Shown: positions 47,068 to 56,200 of the stretch, piece after piece | Position numbering within the stretch: the first letter of the stretch is position 1 | How the letters are laid out: the number at the start of each line of letters is the position of its first letter | Position numbers and translations under genes: made by a program | Source of the DNA: Anaerovoracaceae bacterium | GTDB taxonomy: Bacteria > Bacillota > Clostridia > Christensenellales > Aristaeellaceae | DNA: 64,000 nt | Reading direction: 5' to 3' | Assembly: GCA_963590165.1 (NCBI GenBank) | Contig: CAVANO010000011.1 | Coordinates: 12,988-76,987 of the forward strand | Notes under the pieces: generated by a model | Seen by the model: the letters and a program-made list of their open reading frames with translations, nothing else | Told to the model about the DNA's origin: nothing | Database searches by the model: none

Positions 47068-48420
47068 ATGCCGAATCCATACCTTCCTCTCTGGGAATAT
47101 ATTCCCGACGGCGAACCGCGCGTCTTTGGTGACCGCGTCTACGTTTACGGCTCCCATGACCGTGTCGGGCATGACCAGTTCTGCGATTATGTACTCAAGT
47201 GCTGGTCAGCACCTGTCACCGACCTGAATCACTGGACTGACCACGGTGTGATTTTCCGCACAAAGGATACCTTCGATCATCCTGCCGACACGGATTGGAC
47301 AAAGGAGCATAACGAGCTCTATGCGCCGGACGTGGTGGAGAAGGACGGCAAATATTACCTCTTCGCCTATATTATCGGCACGCGCGGCTGCGTCGCGGTT
47401 GCAGACCGTCCTGAGGGACCGTTCACGCTGCTGGGCAAGTACAGGTACACCATGCCGGAGCGCGTCTGCGTCAACGGCTGGTTCATCGACCCCGGCGTGC
47501 TGATTGATGATGACGGCAAGGCGTACATCGCGTGCGGCTTCGAGCGGTCGTTCATTGCGCAGCTCGATTCGGATGACCTGACGCACGTGCTGGATGATTC
47601 CCACATTGAGCACATCATTCCCTGCGAAACGACCGAGGAGGGCGGTTTCACTGACCCGGACTCGCGCTTCTATGAGGCGGCGTCCCTGCGCAAGGTTGGC
47701 AGCACGTATTACTTCATCTACTCGCCCAAGCGTGGCAGCCGCCTCGCCTACGCCACGTCCGACAAACCTATGGGACCCTACACGTACCGCGGCTGGATTG
47801 TGGATAACGGCGTTGATTACCCCGGCGGCAACAATCACGGCTCCATCTGCTGCATCGGCGGTCAGTGGTACATCTTCTATCATCGCATGACGAATGGTTC
47901 TATCATGAGCCGCCGCGCATGCGTTGAGCGGATCGAGCTGCTGCCGGACGGCACGATTCCGCCGGTGGAAATGACGTCGCTGGGCTTCTCGGAGTCGCTC
48001 AATCCGTATGAGGAAACGCCGGCGGAGCTTGCCTGCGTGCTCAAGGGCGGCGCGTTGATCACCGAGCGTACTCCCTTCGAGCGTGTCATCACGAATGTGC
48101 AGGACGGCTGCGTCATCGGCTACAAATACTTCGATTTCGGCGATGATTTTGGCAGCAAAACCATGCAGTTCTTTGCAAGCATCAACGGCTTCGGGTGCAA
48201 CGGCGATGTGCATATCCGTCTGGACGCGGAGGACGGCGAGGAAATCGGCTGCTTCCATGTCGGGCGCGGCGAAACGACCTGCATCAAGACGCGCGTACGC
48301 GCCGTGACAGGACGCCATGCGCTGTTCTTTACCGTCACAACCGCTTACGAGGGCTGGACGGGCAGCTTCTTCGCCAACCGCTGCCTGATGGAATTCAGAA
48401 AGTTCGTGTTTATGAAATAA
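47068..48420 (+). CDS. Glycoside hydrolase family 43 protein (xylosidase/arabinofuranosidase type) with C-terminal beta-sandwich
   Basis: AAGGAGG RBS. MPNPYLPLWEYIPDGEPRVFGDRVYVYGSHD..., LYAPDV, FIDPGVL, YEAASLRK. Confidence 0.82.
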   Translation: MPNPYLPLWEYIPDGEPRVFGDRVYVYGSHDRVGHDQFCDYVLKCWSAPVTDLNHWTDHGVIFRTKDTFDHPADTDWTKEHNELYAPDVVEKDGKYYLFAYIIGTRGCVAVADRPEGPFTLLGKYRYTMPERVCVNGWFIDPGVLIDDDGKAYIACGFERSFIAQLDSDDLTHVLDDSHIEHIIPCETTEEGGFTDPDSRFYEAASLRKVGSTYYFIYSPKRGSRLAYATSDKPMGPYTYRGWIVDNGVDYPGGNNHGSICCIGGQWYIFYHRMTNGSIMSRRACVERIELLPDGTIPPVEMTSLGFSESLNPYEETPAELACVLKGGALITERTPFERVITNVQDGCVIGYKYFDFGDDFGSKTMQFFASINGFGCNGDVHIRLDAEDGEEIGCFHVGRGETTCIKTRVRAVTGRHALFFTVTTAYEGWTGSFFANRCLMEFRKFVFMK

Positions 48421-48426
48421 CCCAAA

Positions 48427-48469
48427 AGCCCGGACAGAGCGCACAATCACGCTCCGTCCGGGCTTTTTA
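48427..48469. terminator. Bidirectional terminator between convergent genes
   Basis: AGCCCGGAC ... GTCCGGGCT followed by TTTTAT and preceded by AAAA. Confidence 0.65.
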
Positions 48470-48484
48470 TTGTCCCTTAAATTG

Positions 48485-50056
48485 TTACTCGCCTGCCATG
48501 ATGGCATTCACCGCGTCGACAACCGCCTGAGAGGTGATCGTTGCGCTGGTCACCGCATCAATGCCGTCGCCCAGCGTGAACGGTGCCTTCTTGCCGATGA
48601 ACTGCGCCGTGAATTCGTCTTCCGCGCACTTCTGACCCAGACCGGCGGTCTGCGTAGAAGCATCCACGCGCAGCGTCTTGATGACGCCGTCTTCATCCGT
48701 CACATACACGATGACATCGCCGTCGCCGAAGCCCTTGACCGTCACGGTCTTTTCGTCAGCAGGAACTTCCGGTTCGGCTGCGTACAGGCTGTTCACTGCA
48801 TCGACAACCGCCTGAGAGGTGATTGTTGCGCTTGCCACCGCATCAATGCCGTCGCCCAGCGTGAACGGTGCCTTCTTGCCGATGAACTGCGCCGTGAATT
48901 CGTCCTCTGCGCACTTCTGACCCAGACCGGCGGTCTGCGTAGAAGCGTCCACGCGCAGCGTCTTGATGACGCCGTCTTCGTCCGTCACATACACGATGAC
49001 ATCGCCATCGCCGAAGCCCTTGACCGTTACGGTCTTTTCGTCAGCAGGAGCTTCGCTCGCTTCCGGCTCGTTCACTTCCGACTCGCTCGCTTCCGTTTCG
49101 GCTGCTGCTTCCGGCTCAGCCGTTGCTTCCGGCTCAGCTGCAGCCAGCTCGTCTTCCGTCATTGCGGGAGCTTCCAGCGCTGCATTGATGGCTTCGACCG
49201 CCGCCGTCGAGGAGATCGTCGCGCCGGTCAGCGCATCCACGCCGTCACCCAGCGTGAACGGACCGCTCTTGCCGATGAACTGCGCCGTGAACTCTTCGCC
49301 TGCGCAGCGCGTGCCGAGACCTTCGGTCTGCGTGCTCGCATCGATGGTCAGCGCGGAAATCGTGCCGTCATCGTTGAGCGTCAGGCGCGCAACCACTTCA
49401 CCGCCGCCAAAGCCCGATGCCGTGCCCTGATGCACATCACCCGTCAGCACAACAGGCTCGGCAGCCGCCGTCTCCTGCTTCGCGCCGAAGGACAGCGGGT
49501 CGCCCTCGACATCCTTGCCGAGGACATGGCTGATGCACTTGAGCACGTTGTTGGAGGCAGTCAGCACCGCATTCGAGGTGAGCGTCGCGCCGGAAATCGC
49601 CTCGATGGTATCGCCGCCGTACGCGCTCACGCCCTTGAACTGCACCGCGCGTTCAGCCTCCTGCCAGCGTGCACCGAAACCGGCCGTTTCGGAGAAATTC
49701 GTATCGCCGATCTGGGCGCCGGTCACCTTGCCGTCCATGTCAACGCCGAGCGTGACCGCGACATCGCCGCCGTAGCCCTTCGCGGACGACACGGCACAGT
49801 AGCCGATGGTCTGACCGCCTTTCTTTGCCTCGACGAGCTTCGACACGTCGTAGCCCTCGGGAATGTCCATCGTGCTGAAGGTGTCAGCCTCCATGACGGA
49901 CTGGAAAGCGGCGTTCTGCGCGGCTTCCTCATGTTCCTTGATTGGTCCCTCGGTGATTGCATTTGTCACAGCCAGCGCCAGTGCAGCCACCAGTGCGATA
50001 ATCGCCAGAATGACATACGCCGGAAGCTGCTTTTTCGTTGCCTTGTTCTCGCTCAT
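48485..50056 (-). CDS. Membrane-anchored protein with four FMN-binding (FMN_bind) domains
   Basis: GGAGGAGG RBS. N-terminal TM. Four domains with flavinylation-type motifs SGATLTS, TGATISS and SATITS (x2). Domains 3 and 4 are a near-identical tandem duplication. Confidence 0.85.
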   Translation of the reverse strand: MSENKATKKQLPAYVILAIIALVAALALAVTNAITEGPIKEHEEAAQNAAFQSVMEADTFSTMDIPEGYDVSKLVEAKKGGQTIGYCAVSSAKGYGGDVAVTLGVDMDGKVTGAQIGDTNFSETAGFGARWQEAERAVQFKGVSAYGGDTIEAISGATLTSNAVLTASNNVLKCISHVLGKDVEGDPLSFGAKQETAAAEPVVLTGDVHQGTASGFGGGEVVARLTLNDDGTISALTIDASTQTEGLGTRCAGEEFTAQFIGKSGPFTLGDGVDALTGATISSTAAVEAINAALEAPAMTEDELAAAEPEATAEPEAAAETEASESEVNEPEASEAPADEKTVTVKGFGDGDVIVYVTDEDGVIKTLRVDASTQTAGLGQKCAEDEFTAQFIGKKAPFTLGDGIDAVASATITSQAVVDAVNSLYAAEPEVPADEKTVTVKGFGDGDVIVYVTDEDGVIKTLRVDASTQTAGLGQKCAEDEFTAQFIGKKAPFTLGDGIDAVTSATITSQAVVDAVNAIMAGE

Positions 50057-50090
50057 TGCCTGATTTCCTCCTCCGGATTCCTTGTCCCCG

Positions 50091-51131
50091 TCATTGCAGG
50101 GACGTATAGCCTAATTCCTGCATCAATTCATTCATCAGGACGGTGCCGTCACGCTGAATCAGCAATGCCGGATAGCCGTTTTCCTGCGTCAGCTTGAGTG
50201 CCTCTTCGCTGCCGAGCACAATGCATGCCGTCGCGATGGCGTCCGCGCACATGGAGCTTTCCGAGACGATGGTTGCCGATGCCAGATCGGTGTCCGCAGG
50301 CAGACCCGTCCACGGCGACAGGATGTGATGATACCGCACGCCGTCAATCGTGAAGCCGCGCTCGTAGATGCCGCTCGTCACGACGCTGCAGTCCGACACC
50401 GACAGCACGCCGATGGGATTGCTGGAGTTCGGATCATCCGGATCCTGAATGCCGACGCGGTACTTGCTGCCGTCCGGCTTTGTGCCGACCGCATAGACAT
50501 TGCCGCCGAAGTTGAGCATCGCGCCGCTGCATCGCCCTTTGGCAAGCGCCGCAATCTGGTCGGCGATATAGCCCTTGGCGATGCCGCCCAGATCAATCTG
50601 CATCCCGGCAGGCAGCGTCACCGTGTTGTTCTCGCCGAGCACGAGTTTATCGTCATCCACCAGCGGCAGTGCGGCAAGACGTTCCTCATCGGTCGGCATT
50701 TTGTTTGTGCCGCCGGTGAAGTCCCACTGTGCCACAAGCGGCGCAATGGTCACGGAAAAGGCACCGCCGGAAAGCTGATTGATTTCCTTCGCCTCGCTGA
50801 GAATCGCCCACGTTTCCGCATCGACCGTCACGGTCTGTCCGTTCGATTCGTTGATGCGGCTGACATCGCTGCCCTCAACCGTCTTGGAGAGCAGATTCTC
50901 ATAGTGCTTGCACGCCGACCAGATATCCTCCATCAGCGTGTCATCCGCGCCGTAGAGCGTCAGCGTCACGACCGTGTCGAAGTAGAACCCGACGCCTGAT
51001 GTTTTTGCGTCTTCCGCCGAGGCGGACAGAATTGAGTCTGTCGGCTGCGTCTCCGTTGTCTCCGATGACGTGCAGCCGCTTAGAATCAGCAGCAGCACCA
51101 GCAGACAAGCAGAGAGCGTTCGTTTCTTCAT
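50091..51131 (-). CDS. apbE: FAD:protein FMN transferase (ApbE), lipoprotein
   Basis: Lipobox LLILSGC. ApbE pattern ...DLGGIAKGY...NFGGNVYAVG...VVTSGIYERGF...HHILSPWTG. Confidence 0.88.
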   Translation of the reverse strand: MKKRTLSACLLVLLLILSGCTSSETTETQPTDSILSASAEDAKTSGVGFYFDTVVTLTLYGADDTLMEDIWSACKHYENLLSKTVEGSDVSRINESNGQTVTVDAETWAILSEAKEINQLSGGAFSVTIAPLVAQWDFTGGTNKMPTDEERLAALPLVDDDKLVLGENNTVTLPAGMQIDLGGIAKGYIADQIAALAKGRCSGAMLNFGGNVYAVGTKPDGSKYRVGIQDPDDPNSSNPIGVLSVSDCSVVTSGIYERGFTIDGVRYHHILSPWTGLPADTDLASATIVSESSMCADAIATACIVLGSEEALKLTQENGYPALLIQRDGTVLMNELMQELGYTSLQ

Positions 51132-51499
51132 TCATTCACCACCAATTCAACGCTGACACGGTTGGGCAGGCAGATGATGAACTGCTGGTTGGGACGCGTC
51201 TCCCAATTATCCAGCGTCACCTCGCCCATTTCCACGCACAGCTGGTTTTCGCATGTGGACGATTCCATCACCGCGCCGCGCGACGTTATGCGGATGACAT
51301 TGACGCACCCGTCTGATTGCGAAACAGTGATTGTCTGCTCCTGACCGACCGGTACGCGCGTGTACTCCTTGCCATCCAGCGTCACCACGATTTCCGCCGA
51401 TGTGCCGTCCGTTTGGGGGCGCAGCAGCGTCACCGCCAGCAGCAGCGCAATCGCCGCAATCAGCAGCGCTGCGATGATTCCGACATTTTTCCTGTCCAT
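51128..51499 (-). CDS. NusG domain II-like small membrane protein
   Basis: ATGA overlap with apbE. N-terminal TM, then IVVTLDGKEY...ENQLCVEMG...IICLPNRVSVELV, typical of PF07009-type proteins found next to ApbE. Confidence 0.7.
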   Translation of the reverse strand: MDRKNVGIIAALLIAAIALLLAVTLLRPQTDGTSAEIVVTLDGKEYTRVPVGQEQTITVSQSDGCVNVIRITSRGAVMESSTCENQLCVEMGEVTLDNWETRPNQQFIICLPNRVSVELVVNE

Positions 51500-51546
51500 G
51501 CTGCCCCCTTGCTGCCCCCTTGCATTTTGGTTTGCATACCCTGTAA

Positions 51547-51575
51547 ATTATATCACGTTGCATTCACTCCGTCAA
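51547..51575 (-). promoter_or_regulatory. sigma-70-type promoter of the NusG_II-apbE-FMN_bind operon
   Basis: Minus strand: TTGACG (51570-51575), 17 nt, TATAAT (51547-51552). Confidence 0.55.
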
Positions 51576-51619
51576 TGATAAACGCTTCATTTCAATTCCG
51601 TACAAAAACTGTTTCTTGC

Positions 51620-51648
51620 TTTACAATCTTCGTCTTTTCCGATATAAT
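51620..51648 (+). promoter_or_regulatory. sigma-70-type promoter of the ECF S-component gene
   Basis: TTTACA (51620-51625), 17 nt, TATAAT (51643-51648). Leaves a leader of about 110 nt. Confidence 0.5.
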
Positions 51649-51765
51649 AGCATTATCCGCATGGTTTGCGCCGCTGAGAGCACAGGCATCAGACGGTCAG
51701 GACAAATATGCGGAAATCATAATCATCGTAGGGTACCCGAATGGGACTCGAACGGAGGCAAAAAA

Positions 51766-52377
51766 ATGAATACGCAAAGCACGAATCTTGTCAGGCTGCT
51801 GACGCTGACGATGCTCGCGGCACTCATCTTCCTGATGGGGCAGACGCCGATCGGGCTGATTCCGCTGGGCTTCTGCAACGTGACGCTGCTGGTCATCCCG
51901 GTGGCGGTCGGCACGCTGTTCATGGGGCTGAACAGCGGCTTGATTTTAGGGCTCGTCTTCGGCGCGACAAGTTTTCTGTCCGCGCTGCTGCGCCCGTCGA
52001 CGCTCGTTGCAACGCTCATGGGCGAATCGCCGCTGCTGGTCGTTGTGATGACGTTCGTGCCGCGGCTGATGGTGCCGGTCGTTATTCATTTCGTGTACAA
52101 GCTCATGGCACACAAGCTCGACAAGACGGGGTTGGCGGTGGCATCGGCATGCGGAAGCCTGACAAACACGGTTCTGTATCTGGGGCTGATGCTGCTGTTT
52201 TACGTGATGTGCGGCATTGACAACACAGCGGTGCTGACGGCGATTGGGGCGACTGCCGGCGGTGCCGGACCGCTGGAAGCGGTGGCCGCGGCACTGATTA
52301 CGCCCCCGATTGTGCTGGCGCTGAGAAAGGCGCTGCATCGCAAGGGAATGAGCGCTTCCTCGGAGAGGGAAAAGTGA
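51766..52377 (+). CDS. ECF transporter S component, probable pantothenate-specific (PanT-like)
   Basis: ORF 51616..52377. ATG 51766 lies after ACGGAGG. 6 TM helices. IGLIPLGFCNVTLLVIPVAVGTLFMG..GLILGLVFGATSF pattern. Next same-strand gene is coaX. Confidence 0.7.
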   Translation: MNTQSTNLVRLLTLTMLAALIFLMGQTPIGLIPLGFCNVTLLVIPVAVGTLFMGLNSGLILGLVFGATSFLSALLRPSTLVATLMGESPLLVVVMTFVPRLMVPVVIHFVYKLMAHKLDKTGLAVASACGSLTNTVLYLGLMLLFYVMCGIDNTAVLTAIGATAGGAGPLEAVAAALITPPIVLALRKALHRKGMSASSEREK

Positions 52378-52389
52378 TTTTTCTTTTGC

Positions 52390-52895
52390 AGCAAAGGTTT
52401 CGCATCTGCGGATGCGGGCAGGGGCTTTGCGATCACCCTTGCACCCTTCGAATTCCGATCTTAGCAATCGGTCGCTATTGTAACAGGAAAGTTTCGCGTC
52501 TGCGGATGCGAGCAGGGACTTTGCGATCGCCCCTGCACCCTTCGCATTCCGATCTTTGCAATCGGTCACTATTGTAACAGGAAGGTTTCGCATCTGCGGA
52601 TGCGGGCAGGGGCTTTGCGATCACCCTTGCACCCTTCGAATTCCGATCTTAGCAATCGGTCGCTATTGTAACAGGAAAGTTTCGCGTCTGCGGATGCGAG
52701 CAGGGACTTTGCGATCGCCCCTGCACCCTTCGCATTCCGATCTTTGCAATCGGTCACTATTGTAACAGGAAGGTTTCGCATCTGCGGATGCGAGCAGGGG
52801 CTTTGCGATCGCCCCTGCACCCTTCGCATTCCGATCTTAGCAATCGGTCGCTATTGTAACAGGAAGGTTTCGCGTCTGCGGATGCGGGCAGGGGC
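52390..52895 (+). repeat. Tandem array D: 94-bp unit x about 5.4, alternating variants (188-bp super-period)
   Basis: GTTTCGC recurs at 52397, 52491, 52585, 52679, 52773 and 52867. Each unit has three hairpins: CGCRTCtgcgGATGCG, GCAGGGGCtttgcgatcRCCCYTGC and CCGATctt(a/t)gcaATCGG. Fills the panT-coaX gap. Confidence 0.92.
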
Positions 52896-52973
52896 ATGAA
52901 AACGGATGAAGTCCGCAGGATATAAAAAAGGACGAAGTCCATAAAATCGGATGAAGTTCGGGAGGTACAGAGG

Positions 52974-53741
52974 ATGATCCTGACACTTGACATCGGCAAT
53001 ACCAACATCAAGACAGCGCTTTTTGAAGGCAAGGACATGAAGCATTACTGGCGGCTGTCGACGAACATCCTGTATTCCTCTGATGAATACGGTATTCTGC
53101 TGACGAACCTGTTCCGCCATGATGGGGTGGAGCCTGCCTGCGTTGAGGGGATCATGATTTCCTCTGTCGTCCCGACGGTGAATTTCACCATCGAGCACAT
53201 GTGCCAGAATTACTTCGGTATCACGCCGCTGTTCGTCGTGCCGGGCATCAGGACGGGCATCAACATCCGCTATGAAAACCCGCGCGAGCTCGGCAGCGAC
53301 CGCATCGCCAATGCCGTCGCCGCGTATGAGGAATACGGCGCGCCGACTATTTTCATTGACTTCGGCACAGCAACGACGTTTGGCGTCATCGCCGAAGGCG
53401 GCGCGTTCCTGGGCGGATGCATCTGCCCGGGCGTGAAGCTGGCGAGCGAGGCGCTTGTCAGCGGCACCGCGAAACTGCCGCGCTTCGAGCTGACAAAGCC
53501 GGAGCACGTCATCGGGCGAACGACCCTTGCCAACCTGCAATCCGGCATGTATTACGGCTATGTCGGGCTGGTGAAGAACATCGTCCGCAAAATCAAGCAA
53601 GAGCTCGGACATGACGCGCTCGTTGTCGCGACAGGCGGCATGGCAGTCATGATTGCCGAGGAAAGCAAGGTCATCGACAAGCTGGATGGGCTGCTGACGC
53701 TCAAGGGACTGCGGCTCATCTATGAACGGAACAAGAATTGA
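52974..53741 (+). CDS. coaX: Type III pantothenate kinase
   Basis: MILTLDIGNTNIKTALF..., GSDRIANAVAA, IDFGTATTF. 255 aa. Confidence 0.92.
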   Translation: MILTLDIGNTNIKTALFEGKDMKHYWRLSTNILYSSDEYGILLTNLFRHDGVEPACVEGIMISSVVPTVNFTIEHMCQNYFGITPLFVVPGIRTGINIRYENPRELGSDRIANAVAAYEEYGAPTIFIDFGTATTFGVIAEGGAFLGGCICPGVKLASEALVSGTAKLPRFELTKPEHVIGRTTLANLQSGMYYGYVGLVKNIVRKIKQELGHDALVVATGGMAVMIAEESKVIDKLDGLLTLKGLRLIYERNKN

Positions 53742-53796
53742 TTCCCCTCTACATCGACAGAACAATGGCGTATCCGCCATGCAGGAGGAAAAGAGC

Positions 53797-55074
53797 ATGA
53801 AGGAAGTTGTAATCGGTTTTCTGGGCTGCGGCAATGTCGGCGGCGGCGTGTGGACGCTTCTGACCGGCTTCTCGAACGAAATCGCGCACCGCGACAGCAT
53901 CTCCATCCGCGTCAAGCGCGTGCTGGTGCGTGACGTGAACAAGACGCGTTCATGCGGCGTACCGCGTGAGCTGCTGACGACAAATGCCGCCGAGGTGCTT
54001 GACGACCCGGAAATCAGCATCGTCGTGGAATTCATGGGCGGCGAGCAGCCTGCAACGGACTACATGCTCCGCGCACTGGAGAACGGCAAGACCGTTGTCA
54101 CAGCGAACAAGGTCGCCATCGCGCTGAACTGGCACCGCCTGCAGGCCGCCGCGCAGCGCAACAAGGTCGGTCTGTACTACGAGGCGAGCGTCTGCGGCGC
54201 AATTCCGATTATCAACGCGCTCATGCAGCCCCTGCAAGCGAACCGCATCAACTCCCTGATGGGGATCATCAACGGCACGACGAACTACATCCTCTCGCGC
54301 ATGTACGAAAACGGCGAGGAGTACGAGGCCGTGCTGCATGATGCGCAGCAGCTGGGTCTTGCCGAGCCGAATCCGGCGGCAGATGTCGAAGGTCTCGATG
54401 CCGCGTACAAGCTGTCCATCATGGCAAGCCTTGCCTTCCATGCCCGCGTGCCGTTCAGCAAGGTGTATCGCGAGGGCATCACGAAGATTACCGCGCTGGA
54501 CATCGCCTGCGCGAAGGAAATGGGCTATGTGCTCAAACTGCTCGCCATCGCCAAGCGCGAAGGAACCACCATCGAGGTGCGCGTCCATCCGACGCTCCTG
54601 CCGAAGTCGCATCCGCTTGCGCAGGTCAGCGGCAGCTTCAACGCCGTGTTCCTGCACGGCCATGCCTGCCAGGAAATGATGCTGCAGGGCCGCGGTGCCG
54701 GCGATCTGCCGACCGCAAGCGCCGTTGTCGGCGATATCCTGCATGCCGCAACGGTTGACGTGCATGTCCATCCGACATTCGTCAACAGTGAATCCGCCGA
54801 TGCGTCGCTGTCCTTCACCAACGACTGGAAGACGCGCTACTTCCTCCGCCTGTCCGTCAAGGATGAGCCCGGCTCGCTGGCAAAGATTGCCGCATGGCTC
54901 GCGGGTGAGAAGGTTTCCATCGCGACCATGATGCAGAAGGCCGAACATGCCGGCGGCAAGGTGCCGCTGATTATCATCACGCACGAGGCGAACGAGCAGG
55001 CCATCCGTGCGGCAGCCGCAAAGTTCGACGCTGAGCTTTGCACGATTGAAAACATCATCCGCGTTGAAGCGTAA
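53797..55074 (+). CDS. hom: Homoserine dehydrogenase (with ACT domain)
   Basis: ORF 53722..55074. ATG 53797 lies 7 nt after GGAGGA. GFLGCGNVGGGV, GIINGTTNYILSRM, C-terminal ACT-like YFLRLSVKDEPGSLAKI. Confidence 0.9.
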   Translation: MKEVVIGFLGCGNVGGGVWTLLTGFSNEIAHRDSISIRVKRVLVRDVNKTRSCGVPRELLTTNAAEVLDDPEISIVVEFMGGEQPATDYMLRALENGKTVVTANKVAIALNWHRLQAAAQRNKVGLYYEASVCGAIPIINALMQPLQANRINSLMGIINGTTNYILSRMYENGEEYEAVLHDAQQLGLAEPNPAADVEGLDAAYKLSIMASLAFHARVPFSKVYREGITKITALDIACAKEMGYVLKLLAIAKREGTTIEVRVHPTLLPKSHPLAQVSGSFNAVFLHGHACQEMMLQGRGAGDLPTASAVVGDILHAATVDVHVHPTFVNSESADASLSFTNDWKTRYFLRLSVKDEPGSLAKIAAWLAGEKVSIATMMQKAEHAGGKVPLIIITHEANEQAIRAAAAKFDAELCTIENIIRVEA

Positions 55075-55098
55075 TTGATCCGAAGAGGGCGGTTATTC

Positions 55099-56193
55099 AT
55101 GCAGACCATCACCGTTGCGCTGGGCGACAGAAGCTATCCGATTCACATCGAGCGCGGCATTTTATCGCAAGCCGGTACGCTGATTCATGCGCAGCTGGGC
55201 GATGCCGCCGCTGCCGTCATCACGGATGACCATGTTGCGCCGCTGTATCTGCGGCAGGTCGTGTCGTCCATGGAAAATGCCGGACTGCGCGTCTGCAGCA
55301 TCATCCTGCCGCACGGCGAGGAGACAAAGTGCCTTGCGCGCCTGACGGAATTGTACACCTTCCTCTGCGAGCAGCACATCACGCGCAAGGATGCCGTGGT
55401 CGCGCTCGGCGGCGGCGTCATCGGCGATTTGGCCGGTCTGGCGGCGGCGACATACCTGCGCGGCGTACACTTCATTCAGCTTCCCACAACGCTCCTGGCA
55501 CAGGTGGATTCTTCTGTCGGCGGAAAGGTCGCGGTGGATTTGCCGCAGGGCAAAAACCTCGTCGGCGCGTTCTATCAGCCGGAGCTGGTTCTGGCTGACC
55601 CGCTGGCGCTCGAGACGCTGACGGACGAATTCTGGCGCGACGGGCTGGGCGAGGTCGTCAAGTACGGCTGCATCGGCGATGAAGCCCTGTTTGCGCTGCT
55701 CGAACAGCATGCAGCAGGCGGCAGACAGTCGCTCATGGCCGTGATTGACGATATTCTCCTGCACTGCATTCAGCAGAAGGCGGATGTCGTTGCGCAGGAT
55801 GAACATGATACCGGTCTGCGCATGACGCTGAATTTCGGGCACACCATCGCCCATGCGGTGGAAACGTGCCAGCATTATACAGGCATGCGCCACGGTGAGG
55901 CGGTCGCGCTGGGTATGCGCATCATCACCGAAATCACGGAGCAGCGAGGTATGACGGAATCAGGCACCAGTCAGCGCTTGAAACGGCTGCTTGATACGCT
56001 CCATATGCCCAACATGCTGCCGGACATTCCGGAAAGCGCACTGCTGAGCGCCATGACGCTGGACAAAAAGAGCGCCGGCAAGCAACTGCGCATCATCTCC
56101 CTGAAGAAAATCGGCAGCTGCGAAATTGTCCCGACGGACGTGTCCTTCTTTCAGGGCATGACGGTGATGAAAAGTTCCACAGAAAGCAGGTGA
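55099..56193 (+). CDS. aroB: 3-dehydroquinate synthase
   Basis: ORF 55075..56193. ATG 55099. ALGGGVIGDLAGLAAATYLRGVHFIQLPTTLLAQVDSSVGGKVAVD, LNFGHTIAHAVE. Confidence 0.9.
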   Translation: MQTITVALGDRSYPIHIERGILSQAGTLIHAQLGDAAAAVITDDHVAPLYLRQVVSSMENAGLRVCSIILPHGEETKCLARLTELYTFLCEQHITRKDAVVALGGGVIGDLAGLAAATYLRGVHFIQLPTTLLAQVDSSVGGKVAVDLPQGKNLVGAFYQPELVLADPLALETLTDEFWRDGLGEVVKYGCIGDEALFALLEQHAAGGRQSLMAVIDDILLHCIQQKADVVAQDEHDTGLRMTLNFGHTIAHAVETCQHYTGMRHGEAVALGMRIITEITEQRGMTESGTSQRLKRLLDTLHMPNMLPDIPESALLSAMTLDKKSAGKQLRIISLKKIGSCEIVPTDVSFFQGMTVMKSSTESR

Positions 56194-56200
56194 ATGGTTC

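Noticed and set aside
51649-51765. TPP or FMN riboswitch in front of the ECF S component (a CUGAGA motif is present)
   Set aside because: Only the hexamer matches. The leader is too short and lacks the ACCUGAUCUGGAUAAUGCCAGCG-type TPP arm and the RFN GGGUGAAAUUCCC/ACCGG elements.
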